Assembly (NCBI RefSeq): GCF_964213995.1
Contig: NW_027590160.1
Coordinates: forward strand, 992,001-1,056,000
Direction: 5' to 3'
DNA from: Mustelus asterias
Lineage: Eukaryota
DNA: 64,000 nt
Position numbers and translations under genes: made by a program. Each line of letters opens with the position of its first letter. Position 1 is the stretch's first letter. Shown piece by piece: positions 12,067 to 25,000 of the stretch. Below the pieces are notes generated by a model. It worked only from the letters and a program-made list of their open reading frames with translations, was not told where the DNA came from and searched no databases.

Positions 12067-12515
12067 CTGCAAGGACTGGAGTTTGCTCTTAATCACATCA
12101 AGGTCCTGACTATTTTCATTGGTGTCTGTTTCTGCTGATAAATCCTAGCCCAGTTGGAAGGTTTATATTTTGGGTGGAACTCAAATACACAAGCTTTATG
12201 TTCAACACAGTGTGATGGATGCTTTTAATACCTCAAACATGTTAGTTCCATTTGAAGGGCTTCCCCCTCTCCCGTCTCCTCCATCCTCACCTCCAACAAG
12301 TGTGAGGAGCTCATGGAGCTTCTTTGTCACCAAGATTGAGACAATCTGATCAGCTGCCTCTGCTCCTTCTCTCTCTTCCATTCGCCCACCGGGCCAAACT
12401 GTCTTTAAATTTCCTCCTGGCCTGACTCCTGAACTCATAAATACAAACAGGAAGTGCTGTAAAAACACAGCGAGTCTGACAGCACCTCTGGCGAGAGAAA
12501 CAGATTTAATGTTTT

Positions 12516-13017
12516 GGGAGGCACGGTAGCACAGTGGTTAGCACTGCTGCTTCACAGCGCCAGGGACCCAGATTTGATTCCCGGCTTGGGTCACTGTCTG
12601 TGTGGAGTTTGCACATTCTCCCCGTGTCTGCGTGGATTTCCTCCGGGTGCTCCGGTTTCCTCCCACATTCTGAAAGACGTGCTGGTTAGGCGCATTGACC
12701 CGAACAGCTTGTCTGGACTTGCAGAATCTCACTGGCTGTCCTGTCCGGAGACAATACACATCTCTCCCTCCATTCACATTGTTTGTACCTTTAAGACTTG
12801 ATTATCTGTAAAGACTGCATTCCAATCATTGTTCTGTAAATTGAGTTTGTGTCTCTGTGTGCCCTGTTTGTGAACATTTCTCCACTCCACCTGACGAAGG
12901 GGGAGCGCTCCAAAAGCTAGTGGCATTTGCGACCAAATAAACCTGTTGGACTTTTAACCTGGTGTTGTTAAACTTCTTACTGTCTTTACCCCAGTCAACG
13001 CCGGCATCTCCACATCA
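12516..13017 (+). mobile_element. SINE head/core (12516-12706) joined to a Penelope terminal repeat (12706-13017)
   Basis: A and B boxes, then repeat matching 9180-9511; hammerhead motif 12887-12923 with GAAA->AAAA. Confidence 0.8.
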
Positions 13018-13018
13018 T

Positions 13019-13840
13019 GGATTCAGTTCTCCAGCTCCTGTCTGCAGACTGACAATAAAACCAATGGGTCTTATTGGGGGTGTTGGGGCCTCCAGCGGGT
13101 GTTTGTGAATCCTCCCCGCCCACCTCCCAGGGTTTCCTTCCTTCCCAGAGATCAGAGTCCTCATTGATTTGAGGACAAAGTGTAACCTCTTATTTATTTT
13201 GCACATTCTCCTCGTGTCTGTGTGGGTTTCCTCCGGGTGCTCCGGTTTCCTCCCACAGTCCAAAGATGTGCGGGTTAGGTTGATTGGCCATGCTAAAATT
13301 GCCCCTTAGTGTCCTGGGATGCGTAGGTTAGAGGGATTAGTGGGTAAATATGTAGGGAAATGGGGGTAGGGCCTGGGTGGGATTGTCGTCGGTGCAGACT
13401 CGATGGGCTGAATGGCCTCTTTCTGTGCTGTAGGGTTTCTAAGATTTCTTATTGTCCCCCTCCCCCATCCTCTGATGTGAACCATCCTCCAGTGGCTGAG
13501 CCAGGATGGGGCCGTTAACCTGGGCCTGTTCCCGGGAGGGAGGGAGGGAGGGAGGGAGAAGCCCCGCAGCTGCAAACCAGGGAGCTGACAATGATTCTGA
13601 AGGGTTTGCGGATCCACAAAGTGTTTCCAAATCCTCCCAGCCACCGCCTAACGCTGACTCCGCTTCTCCGGGACAAACAAGCGCCAAGGACAGCAATGAT
13701 ACTGCGCATGCTCCACATCACAATGCCCCGGGACTGATTGACGGCAGCTCCGGACCAATAGGAAGAGGGGGCGGGGCTGGAGGACCGAGCGGGAGCGTCT
13801 GGTCGTCCAACCAATCAGAGTGAATGAGGGGCGGGTCTGG
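13019..13840 (-). repeat. Inverted paralog of ZNF promoter/5' region 2345-2895, with HE1 fragment inserted at 13198-13450
   Basis: Near-identical reverse complement; shadow ORFs 2236-2925 and 13515-13814/13015-13263 are nearly the same peptide. Confidence 0.9.
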
Positions 13841-13967
13841 AGGTCCGAGCGGGTGCGGCTGGTCCTCCAACCAATCGGAGTGAATGAGGGGCGGGGCTGG
13901 GGGACCGAGCGGGAGCGGCTGGTCCTCCAACCAATCAGAGTGAATGAGGGGCGGGGCTGGAGGACCA
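13764..13967. repeat. 60-bp tandem repeat (~3.3 copies), each with a CCAAT box and a GC box
   Basis: ggtcctccaaCCAATcagagtgaatgaGGGGCGGG recurs at 13801, 13861 and 13921. Confidence 0.9.
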
Positions 13968-14219
13968 ACACTCTGATAAAACCTGGTGGGGGCGGAGTCA
14001 ACATCGCAGCAGCGGAGCCGGCGGTTGGAGATTGGGGAGGATCCGCAAACCCTTCAGAATCATTGTCAGCTCCCTGGTTTGCAGCTGCGGGGCTTCTCCC
14101 TCCCTCCCGGGAACAGGCCCAGGTTAACGGCCCCACCCTGGTTTGGGAGCTGGAGCATGCGCAGTGCCTGCGGCAGACGGTAAGGAGCTCGAGCGAGCGG
14201 GTTTTAAATGGGGATTTTT

Positions 14220-14768
14220 ATAGAGTCAGAGGTTTACAGCCTGGAAACAGGCCCTTCGGCCCAACTTGTCCATGCTGCACTTTTTAAAACCCCTAAGCTA
14301 GTCCCATTTGCCTGCGTTTGGCCCATATCCCTCTGTACCCATCTTACCCATGTAACTGTCTAAATGCTTTTTAAAAGACAAAATTGTACCCGCCTCTACT
14401 ACTACCTCTGGCAGCTTGTTCCAGACACTCTCCACCCTCTGTGTGAACAAACTGCCCCTCTGGGCACTTCTGTATCTCTCCCCTCTCACCTTAAACCTCT
14501 GCCCTCTAGTTTTAGACTCCCCTACCATTGGGAAAAGATATTGACTATCTAGCTGATCTGTGCCCCTCATTATTTTATAGACCTCTATAAGGTCACCCCT
14601 CAGCCTCCTACGCTCCAGAGAAAAAAGTCCCAGCCTCTCCTTATAACTCAAACCATCAAGTCCTGGTAGCACCCTAGTAAATCTCTTCTGCACTCTTTCT
14701 AGTTTAATATCCTTTCTATAATAGGGTGACCAGAACTGCACCCAGTATTCCAAGTGTGGCCTTATTGT
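14220..14768 (-). mobile_element. CR1 LINE 3' end
   Basis: RPHLEYWVQFWSPY..LERVQKRFTR..RRLRGDLIEVYKI plus 3'UTR. Confidence 0.9.
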
Positions 14769-15514
14769 TCTCACTTTGCCAACAGGGCTATTGAATTTAT
14801 TGGATAGATCTTCCAGGCATACTGAGCTGAATGGTTTCCATCTGTGCTGTACCATTCTGTAAAATGATGAATATTCAGAATCAGGAAGAGACAGAATGAG
14901 AGGAACCAGTGACTGTGATTGAATCCAGCCAGAGTCAAGGAAGGGGAGAGAGAGGAGGCAATGTAAAAGCTTCTAAATCTCTGTAGTCCCACAGGAGAAC
15001 TTTGAGAAATTTAACATAGCAGATCAGCTTGCAATAATTTGTTTTTTAAAAATTAATTTATCTCCATAGCTAATGTTGTTTTATATTCATTGTTTGAGGT
15101 TAAAATAGTGCTGCAGAGAAGGAGGTGCTGGAAGTCTTCAAGTGCATCAAGGTAGATAAATCCCCAGGACCTGATGAAGTGTATCCCAGGAGTGGGAGGC
15201 TAGGGAGAAAATTGCAGGTCCTCCAGTGCCAGCAGGTTCTCCGGTGCCAGCAGGTTAGGTTGGTGCGGAAGGACTGGTCAGTGCCTCGGGCTGTGGCCCA
15301 GAGAGAGCGGGACCCCCTGCACTGAGATACCCTGCCCTGCACAGCCCTGGGGGAAATGTGTCAGTGCCTCCCAGGTAAGGATCTGCTTCACCCCCTCCCG
15401 CCCGCTAGGGCCTGGGCCTGGAGTTAGTGCTGCCCGTGGGGAGGCAGGCACAGCTCAGTGCCCTGAGAGCGGGGGAGCTGGGGCCTGCCTCCCCTTCCCG
15501 ACCCTCCCCTCCCT

Positions 15515-17192
15515 CTATCCAGCCTCTCCTTATAATTCACACCAAGTCCTGGTAGCATCCTTGTAAAACTTCTCTGCACACTTTCTAGTTTAATATTATC
15601 CTTCCTATAATAGGGTGACCAGAACTGTACACAGTATTCCAAATGTGGTCTTCCCAATGTCTTGTACAACTTCAGCAAATTGTGCCAACTTCTGCATTCA
15701 ATGTTCTGACCAATGAAACCAAGCATGCCAAATGCTTTCTTCACCACTCTGTCCATCTGTGACTCTACTTTCAAGGAGTTATGAACTTGTACCCCTAGGT
15801 CTCTTTGTTCTATAACTCTCCTGAGCTGAGTAAGTCCTGCCCTGGTTCGATCTACCAAGATGCATCACCTTGCATTTATCCAAATTAAACTCCACCTGCT
15901 ATTCGTCAGCCCCCTGGTCCAATTGATCAAGATCCCGTTGCAATTGGAGATGACTCTTCACTGTCCACTATGCCACCAATCTTAGTGTCATCTGCAAACT
16001 TACTAATCCCGCTGCCTATATTCTCATCCAAATCATTAATATAAATGACAAATAACAGTGGACCCAGCACCGATCCCTGAGGCACACCGCTGGTTACAGG
16101 CCTCCAGTTTGAAAAACAATTCACTACAACCATCAGAAGCCAATTTTGTATCCATTTAGATATCTCGCCCTGGATCCTGTGAGATTTAACCTTGTGTTTC
16201 CCCCTCCTTTTTGGGGAGCTGCCCCTTTTACTTTGTCCTGATTTAATCTGAGTTTGTTTACTTGGTTTGGTTTGACCTAAAAAAAAACGACCTAAAAAAA
16301 AACAACCTACCATGCGGTACCTTGTCGAAGGCCTTGCTAAAGTCCATGTAGACAACATCAACTGCACCCCCCTCATCTACTTTCTTGGTTACCCCTTCAA
16401 AAAACTCAGTCAAGTTTGTGAGACATGATTTTCCACTCACAAAGCTATGTTGACTGTCCCTAATCAGTCCTTGCATCTCTAAATGACTAGATCAAAATAC
16501 CTTCCAACAATTTACCCACCACAGATGTGAGGCTCACTGGCCTGTCGTTCCCAGGCTTTTCCCTGCAGCCCTTTTTAAACAAAGGCACAACATTTGCCAA
16601 TCTTCAGGCACCTCACCCGTGACTATCGATGATTCAAATATCTCGGCTAGGGGAACTGCAATTTCCTCCCTAGCCTCGCACAATGTCCTGGGATACACTT
16701 CAGGTCCTGGGGATTTATCTACCTTGATGCACTTTAAGACTTCCAGCACCACCTTCTCTGTAATATGTACGCTCCTCAAGACATCACTATTTATTTCCCC
16801 AAGTTCCATGCTTTTCTCAACAGTAAGTACTGATGAGAAATATTCGTATTCATTCACCCATCTCTTGTGGATCCTCACATAGGTGACCTTGTTGATCCTT
16901 AAGAGGCCCTACTCTCTTCCTTGTTACTCTTTTGCCCTTTATGTATTTGTAAAAGCTTATTGGATTCTCCTTTGCCTTATCTGCCAAACCAATCTCGTGT
17001 CCCCTTTTTGCCCTCCTGATTTCTCTCAACTCTACTCCTACACCCCCTATACGCCAAGGGATTCACTTGATCCCAGCTCCCTATGCATGTCATGTGCCTC
17101 TTTTTTCTTCTTGACCAGGGCCTCAATATCCCGAGTCCTCCAGGGTTCCCGACTTCTGCCAGCCTTGCCCTTCACTCTAAGAGGAATGTGTT
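15515..17192 (-). mobile_element. CR1 LINE ORF2 fragment, frameshifted
   Basis: [28 protein letters not shown] motifs. Confidence 0.9.
16192..16302 (+). mobile_element. Short Tx1-family 3'UTR fragment inserted in CR1
   Basis: Reverse complement of 21170-21250 and 59960-60040; A-tail duplicated (gacctaaaaaaaaac twice). Confidence 0.75.
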
Positions 17193-17194
17193 TA

Positions 17195-17450
17195 CAAAGA
17201 CCGAGTGCGGATCCAGAACCTGAAATAAAACCGGAAACATAAATGGAGTTGGTGGGTGAGTGGTGAGGCTTTATAAACACCCGGTGTTGGCCTCAATTTG
17301 CAAAGCAAATTCCTTGTGCCTTCCGAAGGCTTCGGGACTGAGTTAATATCCGCCATCTTTATAGGGATCCACATACTGCAAAGTGCATGCGCATCCGCCA
17401 TCTTTATTGAGGGTAATTTGGAACAACGCATGCACAGCCACCGTATTTCT
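17195..17450. promoter_or_regulatory. Promoter-like segment
   Basis: Two YY1-like CCGCCATCTT motifs, NRF1-like gcatgcgcat; partial inverted similarity to 2110-2160. Confidence 0.45.
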
Positions 17451-17588
17451 TGGGGGTGAAACCAAATGAATAACCCACAGGGGACAAAAAAAATCAGATT
17501 GATTTCATAACAAACTCTGTTGTTGAAAACCAGAACTGGGGGTTACAGCCAACAACAACTTCTATTGATAAAACACCATTAATATCAG

Positions 17589-17905
17589 GGTGGTTAACAC
17601 TGCCTCTCAGCTCCAGGGACCCAAGTTCGATTCCAGCCTTGGGTCACTGTCTGTGTGGAGTTTGCACGTTATCCCTGTGATTGTGTGGGTTTCCTCTGGG
17701 TGCTCTGGTTTCCTCCCACCGCCCAAAGATGTGACGCTTGGGGGGATTGGCCATGCTATATTGCCCCTTCGTGTACAAAGATGTACAGGTAAGGTGGATT
17801 AATGGGGTAAAAACATGGGTTACAGGTATCGATCAGGTGTAAAATATTCAGAGTTGGTGCAGACTTGATGGGCCAAATGCTTTCCTTCTGCACTGTAGGA
17901 ATTCT
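17589..17905 (+). mobile_element. HE1-type SINE, diverged
   Basis: B box, V core, tail. Confidence 0.75.
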
Positions 17906-18098
17906 TTGAGAAGTCATCCTTGTGCACTGAAGGTCTAGTCACTAATGGCGGAGTGATTAAAATAGGGAACGTGCAGGAAGCCAGAATCTGAGCAATGCTA
18001 GAGGTGATTCCAGAGATGGGGAAGAACAGGACTTGGAGTGATTTGGAAAAATTAGTTGTTAGCATGCATGAAAGATATGCAACATTTCATTTAGATCT

Positions 18099-18412
18099 CA
18101 TAGAATCCGACAGTGCAGAAGGAGGCCATTCGGCCCATCGAGTCTGCACCGACCACAATCCCATCCACGCCCTATCCCCATTACCCCATGCATTTACCCT
18201 AGCTAGTCCCCCTGACACTAAGGGTAATTTAGCATAGCCAATCCACCTAACCTGCACCTGTTTGGACTGTGGGAGGAAACCAGAGCACTTGGAGAAAACC
18301 CATGCAGACACGGGGAGAATGTGCAAACAGACAGTGACCCAAGCTGGGAATCAAACTTGGGTCCCTGGTGCTGTGAGGCAGCAGTGCGAACCACTGTGCC
18401 GCCGTGCTGCCC
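18099..18412 (-). mobile_element. HE1-type SINE
   Basis: Reverse complement SINE. Confidence 0.8.
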
Positions 18413-18872
18413 TCAACTCGGGGAGGAGGGAGAGTGTGTGGGACATAGATTTACTGTTTTGGGCAACAAGAACAGAAAAGTTGTTCCTTTTGAAATTAGA
18501 CTTGTCTGATCAGAATTCCTATCCTGGACTGACAGTAGTTTTGTAAACTCCTTTTGCAGCATATTTGAAGGGGAAGATTTACAGTCAGCAAAATGGAATC
18601 CAGTTTCACACCAAGATTTAACAGTTGCTCAATTCACCAGCACCTGAACACCATCAGCCTTTGAATGTGGAGTGTGGGAAAAGATTTCAAACTTCAGTGT
18701 GACTGGAAAAGCACTGAGAGAGAGACACACCCGAGTGAGAGTGTTCCAGTGAACTGACTGTGGAAAGAGCTTTAACCAGTTACACAGCCTGAAAAAACAT
18801 CACACCATTCACAGCAATGTGAATCTGTGCATGTGTTCTGTGTGTGGACGAGGCTTCAACTAATCACTCAAT

Positions 18873-19320
18873 ATGGAGAGACATGATGATACTGACACCA
18901 GAGAAAAACCGTGGATATGTGGGGACTGTGGGAAAGCATTCACTTGCCCATCCAAACTGGAAACTCATCGATGCACCCAAACTGGGGAGAGACCCTTCAA
19001 CTGTCCCATGTGTTGGAAGGAATTTACTCAATCATCCTGCCTAACATTACACCAGCGAGTTCACACTGGAGAGAGACCATACACTTGCTCTGTGTGTGGG
19101 AAGGGATTCGTCCAGATGTGTAACCTACAACTACACTGGAGAGTTCACACTGAGGAGAGGCCGTTCAGCTGCATTAACTGTGGAAAGAGCTTCAGACATT
19201 GATCCAGCCTCAAAGCACATCAGTGACTTCACACTGGGGAGAGACCATTCACCTGCTCAGTGTGGGAAGGGATTCACTACCTCCTCCCACCTGGTGACAC
19301 GCCAGCGACTTCGAGTGAGT
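18873..19320 (+). pseudogene. C2H2 ZNF pseudogene, about 5 fingers
   Basis: EKPWICGDC..., stop at 19200-19202, further stop and frameshift downstream; same leader relic as ZNF 3624. Confidence 0.8.
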
Positions 19321-20640
19321 GCAGGGAGTGGATTCTGCTGTTGCTGCTGCTGTTAATCACATCCAGGAGTGAGCCACATTCATTGACATTTGAGGTTTGT
19401 TTCTGCTGATAATAATCCCTCTGACTGGCTGGAGTTTAATATTCTGGATCGAGAGCTGATTGTGTTTTCAGGGTTGCCATTTCCCTTTAAGAACTGCTGT
19501 CTGTGATCTTTCCCCATCAGTCAGGAACTCTCATCACCACTTCTTTACAGTGCAGAAAGAAAATTCCCTCACTTGCATCAAGTGGGTCAAAGATCCCTGA
19601 GATCTTAATGACTGCCCCCAATAAAGATGGCGATGTGTGGATGGGTGATCACCATCTTTGTAAGGGGCAATGTTGTCAATGAGTGGGAGGCGCTTGTTCC
19701 CCATTGTTCAGAATGGAGACAACTTGTCCATCAAACTGCATCAACCTTGAGTCCCAATGTCTTATTGATGAGGCAAAGAGTAGGTTGGTTAGGAACCAAT
19801 TGCCCATTAGACAACCTGGGTGTGGAGCCAGGAGATGTATTTGAGGTACTAAATTAGTATTTTGCATCTGTGTTCACTGTGGAAGGACAATGTAGGTACA
19901 GAAAGCAGGGATGGGTGTGTGATATAATTGAACAAATTGTCATTGGTGGTAAATAGTGAGGAGGGCAACCTTGGATTACATAGAACACACAGAACATAGT
20001 ACAGTACAGGCCCTTCGGCCCTCGATGTTGTGCTGAGCTTTAACTGAAACCAAGGTCAAGCTATCCCACTCCCTATCATCCTGGTGTGCTCCATGTGCCT
20101 ATCCAATAACCGTTTAAATGTTCCTAAAGTGTCTGACTCCACTATCACAGCAGGTAGTCCATTCCACACCCCAACCACGGAGTAAAGAATCAAACCCCTC
20201 CCCATTACCCACACATCACTGTCCCCCTTATCAACCCACTTTCTCTCTCTTCTCCTCCCCCCCCCCCCCCCCCCGTACCCAGACTGATCGTCCTCCTCCT
20301 CCTCTTACCCCCCCCCCCCCCCCCCCTGCCAAACCAGAGAATGATCTGACCCTCCTCCCCCCCCACACCACTGATCTGAGTCAGAGAACCGTTGGAAACA
20401 CTGAACGTGCTCTTCAGAAGCTGGAGAACCCGATTCAGACTTTTATTGAGCAGGTCCATTACGGCGCAGTTCCGGATTGGCAAACGCGGTGGTAAAGTGG
20501 GAAATGTTGCAAGTTGGGCGGGCAGTTCATTCATTCAATTTAAATCACCATTGCACCTGTTTTGGGCGCAAAGCGGATCACCGCCATTCCCGGGTTTCAG
20601 TAAAGTGGCAATCTGCACAGACGCAGGTGCAGATCGCACC

Positions 20641-21137
20641 CGAGGGACAGGGCACTGAGGAGGGCAGTGCCCCAGTCAGGAGAGAGGGAGTGCCGGTGTT
20701 GGGGGCAGCAGCAGTGGGGAGGGGGACTTTACTCTTCCAGCCCTCTTGGGTGCAAACTAAGTCCAGGGTATCTTCACCCCCCCCCCCCCTTCCCCCACTG
20801 CAGATGGAAAACAGTCTAAATTTTCTTCCCCCCCCCCCCCCCCCCCCCTCCTCCCTTTCAGGCACTGACCTTCTGATGGGGGCATCAGCGCCACTCAGTC
20901 CCCTGATGTTGATATGAGTCGGCCGTGCAGTCTTCCCTCCCGTAGGTGGAAAAAAGTAAAGAAAGAGTGTGTCTCCGTGTCCTCTTTCCCCCTCTCCCTC
21001 CAGGGAGAGAGCACCCTCCAGCGGACCACAGGCAGGCGATAGCTCACCTTCCTCCCCCTTCCCTCCTCCCTTCCTTGCAGGAAGCCAACAATTTGGCAGA
21101 AACGAAAGAAAACAGGCGTCTCCAGCAAGCAAGCTCG
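20641..21137 (-). mobile_element. Tx1-clade element copy B, 5'UTR only
   Basis: Diverged homolog of the 5'UTR at 29990-30490; starts 19 nt downstream of the ZNF-type donor at 21156. Confidence 0.65.
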
Positions 21138-22022
21138 AAGAAAGTGTTTTACTCACAGATGTTGCCCTCTTAAGGTCAAACCAAATAAACAAACTCCGGT
21201 TAAGTCAGGACAAAGTAAAAGGGGCAGCTCCCCAAAAGGAGGGGGAACAGCCCGAACAGAAATCAAAGTACAAAGGAAACTTAAAGATCAAATTAAAATG
21301 TGATTATTTGGGTCAATAACGCACCCCAACCTCTGCGGTGCTCAATGGGCGCGGAAGGTGTCAACCGCGCCCGTGGACACCGCATGCTCCCTCTCCAGGG
21401 ACACCTGGCCGCGAACGTAGCTGTGGTAGAGGGGAAGACAGTCAGGATGGACGGCCCCCTCGATCGCCAGCTGCCTGGACCAGTAAATGGCGCGTTTCGC
21501 CAGGCCCAGGAGCAGGTTCACGAGGAGGTCGCCATCCCGACCCTCCCCTCTCCGCACCAGGTGTCCGTAGATCAGGAGCGTGGGACTGAAGTGCAGACAA
21601 AACATCAATAAAAGGTTCTTCAGGAAAACATAAAGGGAGTGCAGCCTAAGACACTCAACATAGACATGGTCCACGGACTCCACAAGGCCACAGAAAGGGC
21701 AGTCTTTGGAGCCCGTGAACCAGTGAATCCTACGGTTGTGCGGAACTGCTGCATGCATCACCCTCCACCCCAGGTCCCTGACGTAATTGGGGGAGATCCC
21801 TCCGTAGAGGGACCTCCACTGGGGACCTCCGCTGACCATGGCAACAAGGCCCGCCAAGGTGTATCCGGGCGACAGGCGAGGAGGCAGTAGTGGAAGGTGT
21901 GCAGCAGCAGCCCGCACAGGAAACGCCTCCGCGCGGTAGAAAAAGGCACGGAGGACATTTCTGCGAGGCGGCTCAGGCTGTGGGGCACCTCACCCGGGGA
22001 GGGGGCTGAGGCTTTGGGCCAA

Positions 22023-25000
22023 TGTGGAATTCCGTCTGAATGGCTATCTAGATAAGTCTTTAAACGTTCCCAGTGTGTCCACCTCCACCACCTTGCCTGG
22101 CAGTGCATTCCAGGCCCCCACCACCCTCTGTGTAAAATATGTCCTTCTGATATCTGTGTTAAACCTCCCCCCCTTCACCTTGAACCTATGACCCCTCGTG
22201 AACGTCACCACCGACCTGGGGAAAAGTTTCCCACCGTTCACCCTATCTATGCCTTTCAAAATTTTATACACCTCTAAGTCTCCCCACATCCTCCGTCTTT
22301 CCAGGGAGAACAACCCCAGTTTACCCAATCTCTCCTCATAACTAAGCCGCTCCATCCCAGGCAACATCCTGGTAATCCTCCTCTGCACTCTCTCCAAAGC
22401 CTCCACGTCCTTCTGGTAGTGTGGCGACCAGAACTGGACGCAGTATTCCAAATGCAGCCGAACCAATGTTCTATACATCTGCAACATCAGACCCCAACTT
22501 TTATACTCTATGCCCCGTCCTATAAAGGCAAGCATGCCGTATGCTGCCTTCACCACCTGTGACGTCACCTTCAAGGATCTGTGGACTTGCACACCCAGGT
22601 CCCTCTGCATATCTACACCTTTATGGTTCTGCCATTTATCGTATAGCTCCTCCCTACATTATTTCTACCAAAATGCATCACTTCGCATTCATCAGGATTG
22701 AACTCCATCTGCCATTTCTTTGCCCAAATTTCCAGCCTATCTATATCCTTCTGTAGCCTCTGACAATGCTCCTCACTATCTGCAAGTCCTGCCAATTTTG
22801 TGTCATCCGCAAACTCACTGATCACCCCAGTTGCACCTTCTTCCAGATCGTTTATATAAATCACAAACAGCAGAGGTCCCAATACAGAGCCCTGCGGAAC
22901 ACCACTAGTCACAGGCCTCCAGCCGGAAAAAGACCCTTCCACTACCACCCTGTCTTCTGTGACCAAGCCAGTTCTCCACCCATCTAGCCACCTCCCCCTT
23001 TATCCCATGAGATCCAATCTTTTTCACCAGCCTACCATGAGGGACTTTGTCAAACGCTTTACTGAAGTCCATATAGACGACATCCACGGCCCTTCCCTCG
23101 TCAACCATTCCAGTCACTTCTTCAACTTCCCCACCACGGATGTCAAGCTCACCGGCCTATAATTACCCGGGTTAAATAACAGGACCACATTAGCTATCCT
23201 CTGGGACCTCACCTGTGTCCAGTGACGAGACAAAGATTTGTGTCAGAGGCCCAGCGATTTCATCTCTCGTCTCCCTGAGCAGCCTTGGATAGATTCCATC
23301 AGGCCCTGGGGATTTGTCAGTCTTTATATTCTCTAACAAACCTAACACTTCCTCCCTTGTAATGGAGATTTTCTCCAACGGTTCAACACTCCCCTCCGAG
23401 ACACTCCCAGTCAACACATCCCTCTCCTTTGTGAATACCGACGCAAAGTATTCATTTCGGATCTCCCCGGCTTCTTTGGGCTCCAAGCATAATTCCCCAC
23501 TTTTGTCCCTGAGGTCCAATTTTTTTTTCCCCTGACAACCCTTTTGTTCCTAACGTATGAATAAAATGCCTTGGGATTCTCCTTAATCCTGTCTGCCAAG
23601 GACATTTCGTGACCCCTTTTTGCCCTTCTAATTCCCTGTTTGAGTTCATTCCTACTTTCTTAGGAGTAGGAATGAAGTCTCTGTCACTGCAACCACATCC
23701 AAATTCCTCGTGAGCATTAAGGCCCTAAGTTTGTCTGTCTTACCTGCTACGCTCCTTGCATTGAAGTATAAGCTCCTCCAGAGCTCCCTCCGTTTTTAGC
23801 TGCCTGGACCTAACATATGCCTCTTTTCTTGTTGACCAGTCCCTCAATTTCCCTGGTTATCCACAGTTCTTGAATCCTGTCCTTTTTTACGGGCACATGC
23901 CTGTCCTGTAGCCCTAACAACTGTTCCTTAAAAGACTCCCACTTGCCAGATGTGGATTTACCCTCAAACAGCCTCTCTCAATCAACAGCTGCCAATTTCT
24001 GCCTAATCCCACTAAAGTTAGCCTTCCCCCAATCCAACACCTGACCCTTGGGACACCACTCATCCTTTTCCATCGCTATCCTAAAGCTAACAATTGTGGT
24101 CACTATTTGTCACATGTTCCCCTACCGAAACTTTGAAGACCTGACCGGGCTCATTCCCCAGTACCAGGTCCAGTATAGCCCCCTCTCTAGTCGGGCTATC
24201 TACATATTGTTCCAAAGAACTCTCCTGTACACATTTTACAAATTCCTCCCCATTGAGTCCCTGCTCTCAGCGATTTCCAGTCTATACCAGGGAAATTGAA
24301 GTCTCCCACTACAACATTTTTCCTGCACCTACCCAGTATCTCCTGACATATCCGTTCTTCCACTTCCCTTGGGCTGTTGGGGGGGCCTGTAGTATACCCC
24401 CAACATAGTGACTGCACCCTTCCTGTTTCTAAGCTCCACCCAGAGTGACTTGTTACACAACCCCTCTGAATTGTCCTCCCTCTGCACTGCTGTAATATGC
24501 TCTCCAACTAATACTGCTACTCCCCCACCTCTTTTGGCCCCTCCTCTGTCTCACCTAAAACACTTGTACCCTGGAATGTTCAGCTGCCAGTCCTGTCCCT
24601 CTTTCAACCAAGTCTCTGTCACTGCAACCACATCCAAATTCCTCGTGAGCATTAAGGCCCTAAGTTTGTCTGTCTTACCTGCTACGCTCCTTGCATTGAA
24701 GTATAAGCACTCCAGACCTCCAGGCACAGTGAGGTCATCCTCCCCCAGAATGCACCACTTCTTTGCCAGCCTTGTCCCAGCCCCAAGCTCGTCCCCAGCC
24801 TCTACACTTGTAGACCTAATATTGTGATCCCCACCCCCCTGCCATACCAGTTTAAACCCCCCCCCCCCCGAACTGCACTAGCAAAACTCCCAGCCAGGAT
24901 ATTCGTGCCCTTCCAACTTAGTTGTGACCCGTCCTTCTTGTACAGGTGCCATCCTCTCCTGAAAACTTCCCATTGATCTAGGAAAATGAAGCCCTCCCTC

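Noticed and set aside
20190-20640. Poly-C tracts and proline-rich ORF 20118-20495
   Set aside because: Low complexity; possibly a non-autonomous DNA transposon piece, but no terminal repeats could be identified.
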